Assembly (NCBI GenBank): GCA_965198225.1
Contig: CBDAOY010000008.1
Location: 384,001-448,000, forward strand
Length of the DNA: 64,000 nt
Reading direction: 5' to 3'
From: Terriglobia bacterium
GTDB taxonomy: Bacteria > Acidobacteriota > Terriglobia > 20CM-2-55-15
Under the pieces are notes generated by a model. The model was not told where the DNA came from. It did not search any database and saw only the letters and a program-made list of their open reading frames with translations. The translations under genes and the position numbers were made by a program. This document shows, one piece after another, positions 60,109-64,000 of this stretch (positions are counted from its first letter, which is position 1; every line of letters starts with the position of its first letter).

Positions 60109-60333
60109 GTGAAAGTACTGGACTTGAGCCCGGACCTGTTTCTCGAGCCGGAGGCTAAGGTAAAAGAACCTCTGGATCTGACTCTATGCACCCGATGCCG
60201 CCAACCCTGGGGTTTTGAGCTGATCGAAGAGATCGAGATGTGGTCCTGCGACAGTTGCGGCTACGAGGTGCGCGAGAAATCGATCGACTTCTTCCGGATG
60301 CAACTGGCTGAGCAAGAGTCGATGATCTGCTAG
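60109..60333 (+). CDS. Small zinc-ribbon protein
   Basis: AGGAGA RBS before GTG; CTRC-x15-WSCDSCGY. Confidence 0.6.
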   Translation: MKVLDLSPDLFLEPEAKVKEPLDLTLCTRCRQPWGFELIEEIEMWSCDSCGYEVREKSIDFFRMQLAEQESMIC

Positions 60334-60340
60334 GCGTTGC

Positions 60341-60680
60341 GTTACCCTCGACGTCTGCGTTTCTCGAAGTACTTTTGCTGCGATCCGGCGAGTGCGGGAA
60401 CCCCCAGAACGCGTTCGAGCAGTTCATCGTTGTCCTTTTCCAGGTACAGCCTGTTGACGTCGCTTACAGTGACCTCGTGGGTCCTGATGAAGCAGTTCGA
60501 TGTCGTCGTCGGCACGCATTTCTCAATCCTCGATGACGGAAAGGTAGAACCCCGACCGATGGCTCCGTGAGAACAGGTCGATCATATCGTCGCGCTCGAA
60601 CCTCATCGCCAGCTTGTAGCAGGGCATCCTGGGTTGTGTTGCCATGACCACGGCGCGCCCGATCCTGAAGTGGGATCCAA
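60341..60680 (-). pseudogene. MOSC/YiiM-like protein remnant (N-terminus missing, internal stop and frameshift)
   Basis: FRIG.AVVMATQPRMPCYKLAMRF...RSGFYLSVIED*EMRADDDIELL, then in another frame HEVTVSDVNRLY...PALA. Confidence 0.75.
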
Positions 60681-60741
60681 AAACAGCTTTTACGACTTGC
60701 GGTTTCAAACGCCTCCTATCACAATCGAAAAAGGCTCCGTT

Positions 60742-61151
60742 TCTCGGGTCTGTTCGCACCCTCCCGTGACTGGAAACACATGCAAATCTCTGACGCCTGG
60801 AAGAAAATCGACGTCCTGATTCAGCCGTCCATCAGAACTCAGCTCCGAAAGGTCGCTCTGCAGATCCGTCAACGGGAGGCATCAATCCTCGATTAGAACC
60901 CCGACCTGGTCTTCGACACTGGTCATCGGCGCTGTTGCCATCGCCCGCTTGACGACTTCGTTTCGCTTTCGAAAAATCGTCTCGGGTCTGTTCGCACCCT
61001 CCCGTGACTGGAAACACATGCAAATCTCTGACGCCTGGAAGAAAATCGACGTCCTGATTCAGCCGGAACTCAGCTCCGAAAGGTCGCTCTGCAGATCCGT
61101 CAACGGGAGGATCAATTCTTCCTGGTCTTGACACTGGTCATCGGCGCTGTT
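60742..61151 (+). repeat. Noisy tandem duplication (~238-bp period) of the 5' end of the chloride-channel gene
   Basis: tctcgggtctgttcgcaccctcccgtgactggaaacacatgcaaatctctgacgcc... at 60742 and 60980, differing by indels. Confidence 0.85.
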
Positions 61152-62790
61152 GTCGGCTTGACGATCGTCGCTTTCATCTCTGACGGAAAATCTGGGCTCC
61201 CGGATGTACCCGGTCGGGACCGAGTCTCCTCAGTTGCGGCGTCTCGTTGTTCCCGTCATCGGCTCTCTGGTTACGGGCTTCCTGCTCTACCGGTTTTTCC
61301 CCGATGCCAGGGGCAGCGGCATTCCCCAGACGAAGGTCGCTCTCTCGGTCCATGGCGGGAGGATCACCCTCCGAACCGTCCTCGCAAAATTCTGGCTGTC
61401 GGCCGGTTCGCTGGCCAGCGGCGTGGCGTTGGGTCGCGAAGGACCGTCGGTCATGGTTGGGTCCGGTATTGCGTCGGTGATAGGGCGGGCGCTTGGACTC
61501 AGGCGCGACAAGGTGGAGGCTCTCGTGCCGGTCGGCGCTTCCGCGGCGCTGGCTGCTGCCTTCAACACGCCGATCGCCGCGGTCCTTTTCGCCCTGGAGG
61601 AGTTGATGGGCAACCTCCACGCACCGTTGCTGGGCTCGGTCGTTCTCAGTTCCGCCACGGCGTGGATGGTCCTTCACCTGTTTCTCGGCGACGAGCCACT
61701 TTTCAGCGTGCCCGAGTACCAACTCGTTCATGCGTCGGAGCTGCTCTTCTACGCCGCGTTGGGCGTGATCGGGGGGCTCGTATCGGTAGCGTTTGTCAGG
61801 GTTCTGTTGAGAATACGTGCTCGCTTCAAGGAAATGCCGGAGCGCACCCGTTGGCTGCAGCCTGTCGCGGGTGGATTGACCGTCGGAGTGTTGGGATTCT
61901 TCGTTCCGGAAGTGCTCGGTGTGGGGTACGCCCGGGTCGGCGATGCCCTGAACGGAAACATGGCGATCACGGCTATGGCGATGCTCGTGGTGTTGAAATT
62001 GATCGCCACGGCGACCTGCTACGGGTCCGGTAACGCAGGAGGAATATTCGGGCCGAGTCTGTTCATTGGAGCGATGCTCGGAGGGACTGTGGGCAGTGTC
62101 GCAAACTGGCTCGTCGGTGACGTGATGGGCCTGCCCGACTACACCGGCAGTGTCGGCGCTTACGCTCTGGTCGGGATGGGAACGGCCTTTGCCGGAATCA
62201 TTCGCGTTCCCTTCACGTCGGTGATCATGATTTTCGAGCTGACGCGCGACTACGCGATCATCGTGCCGCTCATGATCTCGAACCTCGCCAGCTATTTCAT
62301 CGCCCGCCGTTACCAGCCCCAGCCGATCTACGAAGCGCTGGCACACCAGGACGGCATCCATTTACCTTCTGCGGAGACCCAGCAGCGCCAGGGACGCCTT
62401 CGCGTCCGCCGGGCCATGCGTGTCCCGCATGAAGTCCTGCAGACAACGATGACGCCTGCCGAAGCGCTCGACCGTGTCGAAGGGAGCCGCTGGAACTCAT
62501 GGCCCTTGACCGATGAGAAAGGCCTGCTCGGTATGGTTACCATCGAGGACCTGTTTCAGGCGCGCGACCAGGACCGCGAGTCGTCGCTCGGCGAAGCGCT
62601 CGACGTGACCCCCGGCCCTCATCTGCACGACGATCACCTGCTGGATCTGGCCCTTGAGAGGATGGGCGCGGCCGGCATGGATGTGCTGCCGGTGGTGAGC
62701 CGTCTCGACGTCCGGCGCCTTGAGGGAATCGTCGGTTTGGGCGATGTGATGCGTGTGTACGGCTTCAGCAAGGACCGGCCGGAATCCTAG
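61018..62790 (+). CDS. ClC-family chloride channel/antiporter with CBS domains; 5' part frameshifted (intact frame from 61204)
   Basis: GSGIP, GREGP, AAFNTPIA..LF..EE, GGIFGPSL, IYE; C-terminal CBS pair. Confidence 0.9.
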
Positions 62791-62910
62791 CTTTCCGGCC
62801 TCGGGCAGCGGACAACGGCCTACGTCTGTAGGGAGGTGACGAGTGACAAGTGACAAGTCGGACTGCGGGCGGAATGTGCCGCCAACGGATAACGAACAAC
62901 GGCCTACGAC

Positions 62911-63207
62911 CTACTGTCCACCGATCCGGCGCACCTCGTCGCTCCCCCGTCTGAAGTAGGGTGGCCGCGGCAGGCGGGGACACTTCTCGACGCCCCTCTC
63001 GTAACAGCGTTCCTGTGCCTCGCGCACGGTTCGGGCTTGAACTCGAACGAGTTGGATCGGCCGTTCGCTCTTTCCCGACAGCGCCATCTTCATCCGGCAG
63101 TCGTAACTGCCATTCTTTCTGGACATTTCGACGAAGAAATAATCGCCGTTGGGGAAGGTGTGTATCGGCGCCGAGACAACGACGACACCTGCGGCAAACC
63201 TGGTCAT
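62911..63207 (-). CDS. Hypothetical protein
   Basis: ~98-aa basic ORF filling the gap between the ClC gene and nadE. Confidence 0.45.
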   Translation of the reverse strand: MTRFAAGVVVVSAPIHTFPNGDYFFVEMSRKNGSYDCRMKMALSGKSERPIQLVRVQARTVREAQERCYERGVEKCPRLPRPPYFRRGSDEVRRIGGQ

Positions 63208-63468
63208 CACCCGACTCCGATATCCAAGGTGGACAATCCGTATCCGTTCGAGGAAGGGCGCATTCAAACACAAACGGACCGCTTTGTAAACAAGGGCAAG
63301 AACGCATAGAAACAGAACGGTTTATCTTCCGTCCACCCCGAAGTAGACGGAGGAGCGAATCGTTCGCCTGTCCAGGTTTTCGCCAAGAACCGGACAAGTC
63401 AAGAGAACGCCTGATACCGGTCCTTCGCCCACGGGGTCGGCAGAACCGGCCATGTTAGGATGGCCACG

Positions 63469-64000
63469 ATGGCAAAACCCCAGGAATTGCGGTTGGCGTT
63501 GGCTCAGATCAACGTGGTTGTGGGAGATTTGGAGGCCAATGTCCGGAAGATTCTGGCCTGGATGGGGCGGGCCCAGGACCTGGGGGCGGATTTGGTTTCT
63601 TTTCCCGAACTCGCGCTGACCGGCTATCCGCCCGAAGACCTGCTCCTGAAGCCGCAGTTCATCGACGCGAATTTGGAGGCTCTCGAAGAAGTCGCCCGCG
63701 CGACGCGGGGTCTGACGGCCGTGGTTGGGTTCGTCGACCGTCGCGACGATATCTTCAACGCAGCGGCGATCCTGAGTGAAGGCCGGGTCGAGGGCGTCTA
63801 CCACAAGATGTACCTTCCCAATTATGGCGTTTTCGACGAGTTTCGCTATTTTCAGGTCGGGCAGCTGTCCCCTCTCATTCGTATCGGCGAAGCGAGGATC
63901 GGCGTCACTATCTGCGAAGACATCTGGTATCCGGACGGGCCGTTCGCCGGCCAGGCGCTCGAAGGTGGCGCAGAGGTGATCCTCAACGTTTCTTCCTCTC
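63469..64000 (+). CDS. nadE: Glutamine-dependent NAD+ synthetase (N-terminal nitrilase domain; partial, runs off the window)
   Basis: Own translation: LRLALAQIN.VVGDLEAN, FPELALTGYPPEDLL, YHKMYLPNYGVFDEFRYF, TICEDIW. Confidence 0.93.
   Translation, partial: MAKPQELRLALAQINVVVGDLEANVRKILAWMGRAQDLGADLVSFPELALTGYPPEDLLLKPQFIDANLEALEEVARATRGLTAVVGFVDRRDDIFNAAAILSEGRVEGVYHKMYLPNYGVFDEFRYFQVGQLSPLIRIGEARIGVTICEDIWYPDGPFAGQALEGGAEVILNVSSS

Noticed and set aside
60520-60525. In-frame TGA as selenocysteine or readthrough in the MOSC fragment
   Set aside because: The position is expected to be Gly rather than Cys, and a frameshift and truncation accompany it

Overview
GC-rich bacterial chromosomal segment, most likely Acidobacteriota (inferred from the paired acidobacterial-type VWA genes, the DUF1592/DUF1552/ankyrin operons and the STAS protein style). 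The first ~35 kb is mostly housekeeping and metabolism: panE, hemW, threonine aldolase, ddl, cysS, a class-III aminotransferase, nth, a stand-alone NuoB-C-D fusion, metH, and tRNA-Gly/Cys/Leu. Downstream of tRNA-Leu (35.9-51.3 kb) is the most interesting region. It holds two paralogous three-gene modules (diheme DUF1592-type protein, Tat-exported HXXSHH/DUF1552 protein, secreted ankyrin protein). Each module has the same TTGACG-17-TATAGT promoter and its own terminator. A heme c/C-type-lectin-fold fusion lies between the modules and two more monoheme proteins follow, for 7 CxxCH motifs in total, all in proteins with export signals. Other notable items: a STAS protein with an inserted Cys4 zinc ribbon, a promoter- and terminator-bounded sRNA candidate at 10.3-10.5 kb, a two-variant GTAG-type REP family with compensatory stem changes, several other palindromic intergenic elements, a kinase/PLP phospho-lyase fusion cluster and a structured leader upstream of nadE. 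Several frameshifts and noisy tandem duplications (1.4, 47.5, 59.5, 60.7-61.2 kb) may be sequencing or assembly errors. Family assignments come from recognising motifs by eye; no searches were run.
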